From NCBI GenBank assembly GCA_029861595.1, contig JAOTYY010000002.1, forward strand, positions 1 to 46,302: a DNA stretch of 46,302 bases. The letters are read 5' to 3'. A model generated the notes under the pieces. It was not told the DNA's origin. It did not search any database and saw only the letters and a list, made by a program, of their open reading frames with translations. A program made the translations under genes and the position numbers. Source of the DNA: Gammaproteobacteria bacterium. Its GTDB lineage: Bacteria; Pseudomonadota; Gammaproteobacteria; JAHELT01. Below, piece after piece: positions 8,237 through 17,858 of this stretch. Position 1 is the first letter of the stretch, and every line of letters begins with the position of its first letter.

Positions 8237-9154
8237 ATGTCCGATCGGCGCATTCAAGTGTTCCACGCGGTGGCTCGTCTGCTGAGTTTCACCAAGGCTG
8301 CGGAAGCATTGAATATGACGCAGCCGGCGGTCACCTTTCAGATCCGGCAGCTGGAAGAGGATTTCAACACACGCTTGTTCGATCGCGGGCACAATAGAAT
8401 AAGTCTCACCGAAGCCGGCCAGCGGGTGTTCGAATTTTCCGCTCGCATAATTGCGCTCTATGAGGAAATGGAAGAATCCGTGCGCGAACTGACGGGTGAG
8501 ATAACCGGAGCGCTGACAGTCGGTGCGAGCACCACGATTGCCGAGTATCTGCTCCCCAGCCTGCTTGGCAGTTTCAAGGAGCGCTATCCGGAAATGAATA
8601 TTCGCCTTACGGTGACCAACACCGAAGGCGTCGTGCATCTGGTGGAGGAAAACGAAATCGATCTGGGCGTCGTCGAAGGCGGCGTCAGCAACAAGCAGCT
8701 GCTGGTCGAAACCTGCCTCATTGACGAACTTGTGGTAATTGCACCTCCGGCCCACGAATTCGCGGCATATACGTCGATAACGACCGAGCAACTCATCGGG
8801 CAGCCCTTCGTGTTTCGTGAAGCGGGCTCGGGAACCCGCGAAGTCGTGGCAAATTTTTTCGCCGCCCAGGGGCTGAGCGAGCGCGACCTGAACAAGTCGC
8901 TGGAGTTGGGCAGTCCGGAAGCCATCAAGGGCGCCGTCGAGGCGGGCATGGGCGTTTCCATCGTGTCGCACGCCATTATCGGCAAAGAGCTGAAACTTGG
9001 GACCTTGCTGGCGCGCAGCCTGGAGCCGCCGCTGCCGCGCCCGTTTTCGTTCGTCAGGCAACGGCAGAAATTTCGCCACGGCGTGATGGAGGAGTTTCTC
9101 GAGTTCGCGCGCCATTATTGCCAGGCTCAGGAACGCGCGAGCGCCAGCAGGTAA
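8237..9154 (+). CDS. LysR-family transcriptional regulator (CysL/YeiE-like)
   Basis: SFTKAAEALNMTQPAVTFQIRQLE HTH; GASTTIAEY, REAGSGTR, ELGSPEAIK. Confidence 0.92.
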   Translation: MSDRRIQVFHAVARLLSFTKAAEALNMTQPAVTFQIRQLEEDFNTRLFDRGHNRISLTEAGQRVFEFSARIIALYEEMEESVRELTGEITGALTVGASTTIAEYLLPSLLGSFKERYPEMNIRLTVTNTEGVVHLVEENEIDLGVVEGGVSNKQLLVETCLIDELVVIAPPAHEFAAYTSITTEQLIGQPFVFREAGSGTREVVANFFAAQGLSERDLNKSLELGSPEAIKGAVEAGMGVSIVSHAIIGKELKLGTLLARSLEPPLPRPFSFVRQRQKFRHGVMEEFLEFARHYCQAQERASASR

Positions 9155-9156
9155 AC

Positions 9157-10239
9157 GTGCTCGAGATCCTCAAATCCTGGTACCGCCGGAATTTTTCCGA
9201 CCCGCAGGCCGTTATTCTGGTGATTTTTCTCGTCGTGCTGTTTGCGATCGTGCTGCTGCTCGGAGACATTCTCGCGCCGGTACTGATCGCGATTCTGTTC
9301 GCTTATCTGCTCGACGGCGTGGTCAGCGTATTCGAGGGATGGCGCGTTCCGCGCACGCTGGCCACCAGCGTTGTGGTGCTGCTGTTCCTGCTTCTGTGCC
9401 TGTTTCTGTTTCTCGGCCTGGTGCCTTTGTTGTCGCAGCAGGTTACGCAGCTGATTTTTCAGATCCCCGAGATGGCCGCGCGTTTCCAGGAAGCGCTGCT
9501 CAAGCTGCCGGAGCTGTACCCTTCGCTGATCACCGAACCGCAGATACACGATATATTCGCCCAGATTCGTCTGCGTATAACGTCGCTGGGTCAGGCGATC
9601 GTTTCATTCTCCCTGACACACGCGGTCAATGTGTTCACCATCGCGATCTATGTGATCCTGATTCCGATACTGGTGTTCTTCTCACTCAAGGACAAACACC
9701 GCATTGTCGATTGGATGACGCAGTTCCTGCCCCACGAACGCGAGCGCGAACTGTCCTTTCAGGTGTGGGTGGAAGTGGACCAGAAAATCGCCAACTACAT
9801 ACGCGGTAAGTTCATCGAGATCGCGATCGTGTGGGCGGTGACCTATGTGACCTTCGCGCTGATGGGATTAAATTTTTCCCTGCTGCTGAGCTTTCTGGTC
9901 GGCATCTCGGTGATCATCCCGTTCGTCGGCGCGATTGCCGTCACCTTGCCGGTTGCGCTGATCGCCTACTTTCAGTGGGGCCTTGCCGCCCAGTTCTGGT
10001 ATCTGCTGCTGGCTTATCAGATCATTCAGGTCCTCGATGGCAACGCGCTCGTGCCGATTCTGTTTTCCGAAGTCGTCAATCTCCACCCGGTGGCGATCAT
10101 CGTTGCAGTGCTGTTCTTCGGCGGGCTGTGGGGTGTGTGGGGTGTGTTCTTTGCCATCCCTCTGGCGACGCTGGTGCAGGCCGTGCTCAATGCCTGGCCC
10201 AGGGATGACGACTTCGAGGAAACGCAGCCTCCCGGATGA
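9157..10239 (+). CDS. perM: AI-2E family transporter (PerM-like)
   Basis: Multi-TM protein; FSDPQA N-terminus, NYIRGK, DGNALVPILFSEVVNLHP, GVFFAIPLA; GTG start directly after the LysR stop. Confidence 0.88.
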   Translation: MLEILKSWYRRNFSDPQAVILVIFLVVLFAIVLLLGDILAPVLIAILFAYLLDGVVSVFEGWRVPRTLATSVVVLLFLLLCLFLFLGLVPLLSQQVTQLIFQIPEMAARFQEALLKLPELYPSLITEPQIHDIFAQIRLRITSLGQAIVSFSLTHAVNVFTIAIYVILIPILVFFSLKDKHRIVDWMTQFLPHERERELSFQVWVEVDQKIANYIRGKFIEIAIVWAVTYVTFALMGLNFSLLLSFLVGISVIIPFVGAIAVTLPVALIAYFQWGLAAQFWYLLLAYQIIQVLDGNALVPILFSEVVNLHPVAIIVAVLFFGGLWGVWGVFFAIPLATLVQAVLNAWPRDDDFEETQPPG

Positions 10240-10267
10240 TTCCATGCCGCGCCGACGATCAGGCGCT

Positions 10268-11281
10268 TTACAGACTGAACGACAACACCTGGGCGGCTTC
10301 TGTGCTGCCGACCGTCATACCCGCAACATTTTCGATGGGCGGACAGGCAAGTGGCTGCAACTGGTGCCATTCGTCGTCGTGCAGCGCATCGATCCGCCGC
10401 AGCACCGTTGCGATGGCACAATCGGCGGCACGCCTGTTGCCGTCGTCTATTTTCAGGGCAATACCGAGGCCGCTTGCTGGAACCGCGCCCGCGTAGACAC
10501 CCTCGGCGCCGGTTTTGATCAGTGCACGCCCCTGTGTCAGGTGTATGGTTTCGGTACACAATCGGCCGGTGCCGGCCATCATCAGCGGTTCCGCCGTCAG
10601 TGCCTGCTGAATGCGCACCACCGCCTCGCTGCGCACCGGGCCCAGGCCGCGCGGATCGGCGAACCGTGCCATCGCCAGCGCCATACTGCGCAACGGTATG
10701 CCGATAACCGGTATCCCGCAGCCGTCGACGCCGCGCGGGCGCACGCTCAGGTCATCGTCTGCCAGCTCGCGCAGCGTGTCGCGCCACGCCAGTTGCGCGG
10801 CGTGATCGCGTTCGATATAGCCGTCGATGGCCGCACCGAAATGTCTGGTCAGCGTCAGGAAACCGGCGTGCTTGCCGGAGCAATTGTTGTGCAGCGCGGT
10901 CGCCGATCGGCCTTGTGCGAGCAGCGCTGCCGCGGCCGGCGCATACAGAGGGGTGTGGGCGCCGCAGGCCAGATCGCTGCTGTCGAGGGAGAGGCTATGC
11001 AGCCAGTCCTGGACAGCCAGCACGTGCATCGGTTCGCCGCCGTGCGAGGCACAGGCGAGAGAAATCTGCGCGTCATCCAAAGCGAATCGGTGCGCCGCAC
11101 CGCTTTCCACCAAAGGAATCGCCTGCAACGGTTTTATGGCGGAGCGCGGGTAGATTGCCCGGTCCGTGTCGCCCAGCGCGACCAGCGTTTCGCCTGCACT
11201 GTTGAGCACTGCCAGCGCGCCGCGGTGCCAGCTTTCAATCGCGTCGCCGCGACGAATTTCGACAAGTACGGGATTAGTCAT
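10268..11281 (-). CDS. L-asparaginase, Rhizobium etli-type (asparaginase II / class 3)
   Basis: RSAIKP, ASHGGE, NNCSGKH, DGCG, KTGAEG motifs. Confidence 0.9.
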   Translation of the reverse strand: MTNPVLVEIRRGDAIESWHRGALAVLNSAGETLVALGDTDRAIYPRSAIKPLQAIPLVESGAAHRFALDDAQISLACASHGGEPMHVLAVQDWLHSLSLDSSDLACGAHTPLYAPAAAALLAQGRSATALHNNCSGKHAGFLTLTRHFGAAIDGYIERDHAAQLAWRDTLRELADDDLSVRPRGVDGCGIPVIGIPLRSMALAMARFADPRGLGPVRSEAVVRIQQALTAEPLMMAGTGRLCTETIHLTQGRALIKTGAEGVYAGAVPASGLGIALKIDDGNRRAADCAIATVLRRIDALHDDEWHQLQPLACPPIENVAGMTVGSTEAAQVLSFSL

Positions 11282-11375
11282 CAGTGACCGTGACTGCGAA
11301 CTGTGTGCTCAGCGCAATCTTTCGATCTGCGGGGTGCATAGTGCGGCAAGCCGCGGAGTATCTGCGCGGCAACGC

Positions 11376-12554
11376 TCAGAATATCTGGTCTTCCAGCGTC
11401 GCGGTGTGCGCGGACAGAATAACCAGTCCACTGTCGTCGAACGTGCGCCGGGCGCGATCGAAATAATTCTGCGCCTGCTCTTTGGCAATGTTCGAGTTGT
11501 AAAGCACCGCGAGCACATCCGGCTGGCGGTGGTACATGGCGCGTTTGGAGGCTTTGGCAAGGGACTGCCCCGCCAGCAGGCGCAGCTTCCAGGCGCGCCG
11601 CTCATCGCCCTTGGCAAGGTAGTGGTGGTACAGCCGTTGGTAGTCGCGGGCGCGTTCGATCTGTTCGACGTTGTTCTGGAATTCGCTGTAGTTACGTTCG
11701 ATGTCCTCCTCGATCGCTGCCACCCGCCATTGTTCAATGCCAGCCAGGTTGTCCAGCAGTTCGCGTGCCCGATCCGGTTGACCCGATGAAGCATAGAGAC
11801 TCGCTGCCTGCATAACCGCCCGTTCGGCCTCGTACGTCGCGCCGGTTGCCGTGTGCAGACGGGCCAGCGTGTCGTAGGCGCTGGCGGCGGCACCGAAGCG
11901 GTTGATCGACAGGCTGTCTTCGATCACTTGGTGCAGGTTCTCCGCCGCACTCCCGTAATCCTGTTTGCTGAGCTGCCAGCGTGCCACCAGCAACCGGTCG
12001 TACGCGACGCCGGCCGTGCGTGCCATCTGTCGGGATTTCAGATGCACGCGCCCCAGCTGCATGTATACCTGCGCGGTACTGACCTCATCACCTTCGCTCT
12101 GCAGTACGTCCAGCGATTCGAACAGGTACACCTCCGCGGTATCCAGATCCTGTTCCTCGATGGCAACTTGACCGAGCAGCGACAGGACGCCGCCCAGCAG
12201 CACACGATCGCCGGATTCGACCGCATCGGCGGCGTACTGCAGTAAGCGTTCGCGCACCAGGCCGAACTCACCGAGTCGCATCAGTCCGGCGAGTTCCACG
12301 TCGATCTGCTCGATAGAAAGCAGCGTATCGCCGCGCAGCGATTGCTCGATGCTCTGGAGTTTGGCGGGATCGGGAAACGGCGCTAGGCCAAGCTCGGCAC
12401 GCGCGCGTTCGAATTCCTCCTCGGCGGTAGAGGGAGTCGGTTCCGGAGTGAAGGTTACGGACGGTTCCGGCGGATCGGTGAGCCAAACCTGGTAGCCCAG
12501 GAACGCCAGCGACAGCACGATCGCAATCGTATAGTTGCGTGTCGAACGTCTCAT
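11376..12554 (-). CDS. Hypothetical membrane-anchored TPR-like protein
   Basis: N-terminal TM helix, Pro-rich linker, helical repeats (LSLLGQVAIEEQDLDTAEVYL; VYMQLGRVHL). Confidence 0.75.
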   Translation of the reverse strand: MRRSTRNYTIAIVLSLAFLGYQVWLTDPPEPSVTFTPEPTPSTAEEEFERARAELGLAPFPDPAKLQSIEQSLRGDTLLSIEQIDVELAGLMRLGEFGLVRERLLQYAADAVESGDRVLLGGVLSLLGQVAIEEQDLDTAEVYLFESLDVLQSEGDEVSTAQVYMQLGRVHLKSRQMARTAGVAYDRLLVARWQLSKQDYGSAAENLHQVIEDSLSINRFGAAASAYDTLARLHTATGATYEAERAVMQAASLYASSGQPDRARELLDNLAGIEQWRVAAIEEDIERNYSEFQNNVEQIERARDYQRLYHHYLAKGDERRAWKLRLLAGQSLAKASKRAMYHRQPDVLAVLYNSNIAKEQAQNYFDRARRTFDDSGLVILSAHTATLEDQIF

Positions 12555-12658
12555 AGCCGAAACCCCGCAGACCGGCTGTTAGCTGTAGGAAACCATGAGC
12601 GCAGCAGGCGCCGATGTCAACCGCCGTGGTCGGAGTTTGCGGTGTCAACGGTGTCTTG

Positions 12659-12872
12659 CCCCTCACCGCGGCCCTCTCCCGAGAGGGAGAGGGAGCAAGA
12701 TAAGGAGGGGCTGCGGAGAGCCTTTTTCACCCCTCTCCCTTGAGGGAGAGGGTTAGGGTGTAAGGTATTGATTAGATTCCCCCTCGCCCTGGCCCTCTCC
12801 CCCAGGGGAGAGGGGACAATTGATTTATGCAACGGTCTCCTTTGGGAGAGGGGCCAGGGAGTGAGGGTCTAG
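12659..12872. repeat. boxC-like repeat cluster 2 (four units in alternating orientation)
   Basis: Units at about 12659-12694 (fwd), 12730-12765 (rev), 12779-12816 (fwd), 12836-12868 (rev), each with a CCCTCTCCC/GGGAGAGGG core. Confidence 0.85.
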
Positions 12873-13666
12873 TGCCGCAGAATCTGGCTCAGGAACAGCT
12901 TGGTGCGGTCGTGCTGCGGATTCTCGAAGAATTCCCTGGGCTCGTTCTGCTCGATGATCTCGCCGCCATCCATGAATATGACCCGGTTGGCGACCGCGGT
13001 CGCGAAGCCCATCTCGTGCGTGACGCACAGCATGGTCATACCGCTTTCGGCGAGCTCGATCATCACGTCCAGCACTTCCTTGATCATCTCGGGATCCAGC
13101 GCCGAGGTCGGCTCGTCGAACAACATGATATTGGGCGACATGCACAGCGAGCGCGCGATGGCCACGCGTTGCTGCTGCCCGCCCGAGAGCTGGCCGGGAA
13201 ACTTTGCCGCCTGCTCCGGGATCTTGACCCGCTCCAGGTATTGCATGGCGACTTCCGTGGCCTCGGCCTTGGGCATTTTGCGTACCCAGATCGGACCCAG
13301 GGTGCAGTTCTCCAGCACCGTCAGATGCGGAAACAGGTTGAAGTGCTGGAATACCATGCCGACTTCCGAGCGGATGATTTCGATGTGTTTCAGGTCACCC
13401 GTCAACTCAGTGCCGTCGACGGAAATCAGCCCCTGCTGATGCTCCTCGAGCCGGTTGATGCAGCGGATTAGCGTCGATTTGCCGGACCCGGACGGGCCGC
13501 AGATGACGATGCGCTCGCCGCTGGCCACTTCCAGGTTGATGTTTTTGAGCACGTGGAAAGCGCCGTACCACTTGTGCATATCCTTGATGACGATGACCGG
13601 TGGTTTTGAGGAATCCACGCCTGGCGCGCCGGTCGTGGAGGTACCTTGTTCTGTTGCTTCTGTCAT
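12869..13666 (-). CDS. aapP: General L-amino acid ABC transporter ATP-binding protein (AapP/BztD/YhdZ)
   Basis: [35 protein letters not shown]. Confidence 0.93.
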   Translation of the reverse strand: MTEATEQGTSTTGAPGVDSSKPPVIVIKDMHKWYGAFHVLKNINLEVASGERIVICGPSGSGKSTLIRCINRLEEHQQGLISVDGTELTGDLKHIEIIRSEVGMVFQHFNLFPHLTVLENCTLGPIWVRKMPKAEATEVAMQYLERVKIPEQAAKFPGQLSGGQQQRVAIARSLCMSPNIMLFDEPTSALDPEMIKEVLDVMIELAESGMTMLCVTHEMGFATAVANRVIFMDGGEIIEQNEPREFFENPQHDRTKLFLSQILRH

Positions 13667-13697
13667 GGTGGGAACCCCTTTGCGGCCTCGAGTTTTC

Positions 13698-14822
13698 TCA
13701 ATAGCCGGTGTGCAGCTTGCGCTCGAGGTAGAGCGAATACCTCGACATCGAAAAGCAGCATATGAAAAAGAACAGCGCGACGAACAGGTAGACCTCTCTT
13801 GCCAGGCCTGCCCAGCTAGCGTCGGCCAGTGCCGCTTTGCCGATGCCCAGCGGGTCGAGCAAGCCGATGATGAGAACCAGCGTCGTGTCCTTGAACAGCC
13901 CGATGAAGGTGTTGACGATGCCAGGAATGGAGATTTTCAATGCCTGCGGCAGCACGATCAGGCGCTGCGTTTTCCAGTAGGTCAGGCCGATCGCGTCGGC
14001 TGCTTCATGCTGGCCCGTGGCCACGGCCTGCAACCCGCCACGCACGACTTCCGCAACGTAGGCGGCGGAGAACAGTGTCACCATGATCAGCACCCGCATC
14101 AGCAGGTCGAACGTGGTGCCCGGCGGCAGGAAGTAATTGAGCATCGTCGAGGCGACGAACAGCAGTGCGATCAGCGGCACGCCACGAATGAACTCGATGA
14201 AAGTGACGCACAGTATGCGCATCACCGGCATGCGCGACTGGCGTCCCAGCGCCAGCAGTATGCCGATCGGCAGTGAGAACGCAATGCCGGTTACGCCGAT
14301 GACCAGCGTCAGCAGGATGCCACCGATTTGATCGGTATCCACCGGCGTAAGCCCGAATCCGCCGACCAGCAGCCAGCCTGCTATCAGCGGGAACGCCGCC
14401 GAATACACCATGCCGTACTTGCGGTACGGGGTCTTGTCGTAGAGCACCGGCACGAGGGCAGCGATCAGCATCAGGAAAGCCAGATTCGGGCGCCAGCGCA
14501 ACTCTTCCGGGTAGAAGCCGTAAGTGAACAGCTCCAAGCGGCTTTGAACGAACGCCCAGCAGGCGGCGCCTTCCGGTTCGGCCATCTGGGCCCAGCAATC
14601 GTTGCGGTCCTCGGCGCTCCAGACCGAGTCGAACACCATCCACTCGAGCATGGGCGGAATGATGGTCCAGAGAAACCAGATCGCCACCACGGTCAGTATG
14701 ATGTTCAGCGGCGAAGAGAGGAGATTCGTCCTCACCCAGCCCACCACGCCGGTGGTAATTATCGGTGCCGGAAGATCGGGGTAAGTCCCGGGTGCATGTT
14801 CTTTGGTAGTGGTTTCGTTCAT
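13698..14822 (-). CDS. aapM: Amino acid ABC transporter permease (AapM/BztC/YhdY)
   Basis: [34 protein letters not shown]. Confidence 0.92.
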   Translation of the reverse strand: MNETTTKEHAPGTYPDLPAPIITTGVVGWVRTNLLSSPLNIILTVVAIWFLWTIIPPMLEWMVFDSVWSAEDRNDCWAQMAEPEGAACWAFVQSRLELFTYGFYPEELRWRPNLAFLMLIAALVPVLYDKTPYRKYGMVYSAAFPLIAGWLLVGGFGLTPVDTDQIGGILLTLVIGVTGIAFSLPIGILLALGRQSRMPVMRILCVTFIEFIRGVPLIALLFVASTMLNYFLPPGTTFDLLMRVLIMVTLFSAAYVAEVVRGGLQAVATGQHEAADAIGLTYWKTQRLIVLPQALKISIPGIVNTFIGLFKDTTLVLIIGLLDPLGIGKAALADASWAGLAREVYLFVALFFFICCFSMSRYSLYLERKLHTGY

Positions 14823-14834
14823 TTGTCTATCCCC

Positions 14835-16037
14835 CTACCGTTCCACGAGTTTCATGCGTTTGTTGAACCAGTTCATGAAGGCCGAGATCGACAGCGAAAA
14901 CGTCAGGTAGACGCCAATCACGATGATCATGGACTCCATTTCTTTACCGGTCTGCATCAGCGAGATGCCACCGATGGTCGCCACCACGTCCATGTAGCCG
15001 ATCGCGATCGCCAGCGAGGAATTCTTTGTCAGGTTCAGATATTGGCTGGCCAGCGGCGGCACGATGACTCGCAGCGCCTGCGGGACGATGATCAGCTGCA
15101 GAACACGATTGGTGCGCAGCCCGAGCGCGGAAGCCGCTTCGGTTTGACCGTGGCTGACCGCGAGGATGCCGGCCCGCACGATCTCCGCGATGAAACACGC
15201 CGTGTAGTAGGACAGTGCCAGCCACAGCGCGATGAACTCCGGTCTAACGGATAACCCGCCTTTGAAATTGAATCCCTTGAGCGCCGGCACCTCCCAGGTT
15301 AACGGCATGCCGGTCAACAGAAACATCAGCCCGGTAGCACCGACGATGACGCCCAGCGAAATCAAGAACACCGGGTAAATCTTGCCGGTCTCATCCTGAA
15401 CTTTGTGCGCCCAGCGGCGGAAAAAGATCACCGCCACGACGGCCACGATGAAAGTCGCGAAGACCAGACCGAAACCGCTCTCGAACACCGGCGAGGGAAT
15501 GAAAAAGCCGCGGTTGGAGATAAAAAAGGTGTCGCTGATATTGACCGCGCTCCTGGTCGGAGGCATCGTGGTCACGATGACCCCGTGGATCAGCAGAATG
15601 TGCAGCAGCACAGGCACGTTACGCGTGAATTCCAGGAACACGTACACCATGCGGTTGATCAGCCAGTTCTTGGACAGGCGCATGACGCCCATCAGGAAGC
15701 CCAGGATCGACGCCAGGATTATGCCGCAGACCGCTACCAGCGCAGTATTCATGATGCCGACGGCGGCCGCGCGCAAATGGGTGTCGCGCGAGGTGTATTC
15801 GATAAAGGGCGAAAACGTAATGTCGTAGGCGGCCGTCGAGCCAAGGTAGTCGAAGCTGAATTCCTTGCCGATCGCTTCGAGATTGATGGCCACGTTGCGG
15901 GCGATCATTGCGACGGCGAGAAACAGCGCCGCCATGGTGAGTATCTGGATGATGACCGAGCGGGTCTCCTGATTTCGCCACAGGCGCAGCAGCAGATTAC
16001 CGGCCTCAGATTGTTGAGCGGTGGGTACAGCAGCCAT
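14835..16037 (-). CDS. aapQ: Amino acid ABC transporter permease (AapQ/BztB/YhdX)
   Basis: RNVPVLL, FIAEIVRAGI, GQTEAA, SQYLNLTKNSSLAIAIGY; ATG 16037 follows a GGGGG RBS. Confidence 0.92.
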   Translation of the reverse strand: MAAVPTAQQSEAGNLLLRLWRNQETRSVIIQILTMAALFLAVAMIARNVAINLEAIGKEFSFDYLGSTAAYDITFSPFIEYTSRDTHLRAAAVGIMNTALVAVCGIILASILGFLMGVMRLSKNWLINRMVYVFLEFTRNVPVLLHILLIHGVIVTTMPPTRSAVNISDTFFISNRGFFIPSPVFESGFGLVFATFIVAVVAVIFFRRWAHKVQDETGKIYPVFLISLGVIVGATGLMFLLTGMPLTWEVPALKGFNFKGGLSVRPEFIALWLALSYYTACFIAEIVRAGILAVSHGQTEAASALGLRTNRVLQLIIVPQALRVIVPPLASQYLNLTKNSSLAIAIGYMDVVATIGGISLMQTGKEMESMIIVIGVYLTFSLSISAFMNWFNKRMKLVER

Positions 16038-16069
16038 TCGAGAACCCCCCCAGGTTTGGAACGACAGTG

Positions 16070-16120
16070 CCGGGAAGAGGCGGGCTGCACATCGGCGCGA
16101 TGGCAGCACGCCTTTCCCGG
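16070..16120. terminator. Long intercistronic stem-loop between aapJ and aapQ (mRNA stabiliser or partial terminator)
   Basis: CCGGGAAGAGGCGGGCTGCACATCG-gcg-CGATGGCAGCACGCCTTTCCCGG; about 23-bp stem with two bulges and one mismatch. Confidence 0.55.
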
Positions 16121-16173
16121 GCTATTTGTGTGTCACATCTACGTTTCTATCGACGCAGTTGACGGCTTGCGGC

Positions 16174-17191
16174 TTAGCGGAACGGCGGCGAATACTGCAA
16201 TCCGCCGTTGGTCCACAGGGCGTTCAGGCCGCGCTCCAGACCGATCGGGGTGTTCACGCCGATGTTGCGTTCGAAGATGTCCGCGTAGTTGCCGACCTGC
16301 TTTATGATCTGATAGGCCCAGTCTTTCGGCAGTCCAAGTTCTTCACCCTGATTGCCCTCGACACCGAGCAGGCGCAGGATTTCGGGATCCTTGGAGCTCT
16401 TCATTTTGTCTACGTTGGCTTGAGTGACGCCCTTCTCCTCGGCCGTGACCGTGGCGTAGTAGACCCAGGTGATGACATCCGACCACTGGTCATCGCCGTG
16501 ACGGGTTGCGGGGCCCAGGCTCCTTGGAGATGATCTCAGGCAGAATCGCGTGTGCCGATGGATCCGGAAATGTCGAGCGGGTCGCGGCCAGTCCCGATGC
16601 ATCCGTGGTGTACACGTCGCAACGGCCGGCAAGGTAGTTTTGCCGCGCCTCGTCATTGGTCTCGATCGGCACCGCCTCGTATTTGATGTTATTGGCGAAG
16701 AAAAAATCTGCCAGGTTGAGCTCGGTGGTAGTGCCAGTCTGGATGCACACTGATGCGCCGTCGAGTTCTTTGGCGCTCTTTACGCCCAGCGCGTTGGGAA
16801 CCATGAAACCCTGGCCGTCATAGTAGTTGACGCCGTGGAAGCGCAGCTTGACGCCGACATCGCGCGAAAAAGTGATTGTGGTGTTGCGCCACAGCACATC
16901 GCCCTCGCCGGAGTTGAGCAGGGTGAAACGTGTCTTACCCGTGGAAGTTACAGCCTTGATCTTGCTCGCATCGCCAAGTACCGCGGCGGCGGTCGCTCGA
17001 CAGAAATCGACATCGAAGCCGCGCCACTCACCCTTGTCGTCTGCATAGGCGAACCCGGCGACACCGGTACTGACTACGCAGTTCAGCGTGCCGCGCGCCT
17101 TCACGTCGTCCACAGTGCCCGCCTGGGCGCCGGCGGTCAGGCCGATCGCCAATGCGGCGGCGGACACGGTTAATGTGGTTTTGACAGTCAT
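16174..17191 (-). pseudogene. aapJ: Amino acid ABC transporter substrate-binding protein (AapJ/BztA/YhdW), frameshifted at about 16519-16520 (real or assembly error)
   Basis: N part ORF 16490..17191 (GFDVDFCRA, YYDGQGF, GTTTELNLAD, EIISKEP); C part in another frame (LGPATRHGDDQW...ERGLNALWTNGGLQYSPPFR). Confidence 0.88.
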
Positions 17192-17301
17192 CTCGTCTCC
17201 TCGCTTTAATCTTCAGTTGTTGTTCAATGGTGATGGGGTTCGCGGATCCCGCTACGCCATCTGCAGCAGAGTATAACGTAGTGACATAGCTATCACGCAA
17301 C

Positions 17302-17317
17302 GGCAATTCGCCTGCCA
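17302..17317 (-). promoter_or_regulatory. Candidate sigma54 (-24/-12) promoter of the aap operon
   Basis: Minus strand TGGCAGGCGAATTGCC = GG-N10-GC, about 110 nt upstream of the aapJ ATG. Confidence 0.55.
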
Positions 17318-17340
17318 CGGGCCCCGCGGAGCGCCGTTTT

Positions 17341-17832
17341 TCAGCCCAGGACCAGCAGTTTCCGGTGGCGCTGCAGCCAGAGACCCTGAGCAGGCACCTC
17401 CGGCACGCTCGCCCCACGCGCTGCCGAAATCTCGGCGAAGGCCTCGGCAGGGGTGAAACCGCAGGCCACCAGTACACTTGCCGCCAGCAATCCCGAGCGG
17501 CCGATGCCGGCGCGGCAATGGATGGCGATTCCGGTGCCGGCCAGCAGCCGATCTTTCAGGGCGAGCGCAAGCTTCGCGAACGCCTCGCTGTCGGTGGGCA
17601 CCTGCAGGTCTTCGACCGGATGGGAGAGGTACTCGATACCCTGCCGGGCGCACAGGTGTCCGGTGTCGGCCAGGCCCAGGCTGTCGCGCTCGTGCGTTTG
17701 CAGCAGCGACACCAGCACGGCAACGCCGCGGCGACGCAACCCCGCTACCTGCTCGGGCAGCTGTGCAGCGTCCGGGTGGGGCATCACAGCCAGGTAGCCC
17801 TGGCTTTCCCTGCGCACAATGTAGAACTGCAT
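17341..17832 (-). CDS. Dual-specificity / protein-tyrosine phosphatase family protein
   Basis: CX5R loop IHCRAGIGRSG, PVED acid loop, ARG..VPE; ATG at 17832. Confidence 0.85.
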   Translation of the reverse strand: MQFYIVRRESQGYLAVMPHPDAAQLPEQVAGLRRRGVAVLVSLLQTHERDSLGLADTGHLCARQGIEYLSHPVEDLQVPTDSEAFAKLALALKDRLLAGTGIAIHCRAGIGRSGLLAASVLVACGFTPAEAFAEISAARGASVPEVPAQGLWLQRHRKLLVLG

Positions 17833-17858
17833 CGGCGCTATGCGGCTCCGGGAACCGG

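Noticed and set aside
12659-12872. Possible CRISPR array
   Set aside because: Units alternate in orientation, are degenerate, have no regular unique spacers, and there are no cas genes
16490-16530. Programmed ribosomal frameshift in aapJ
   Set aside because: No X XXY YYZ slippery heptamer, and the lesion is a simple 2-nt loss within a conserved codon
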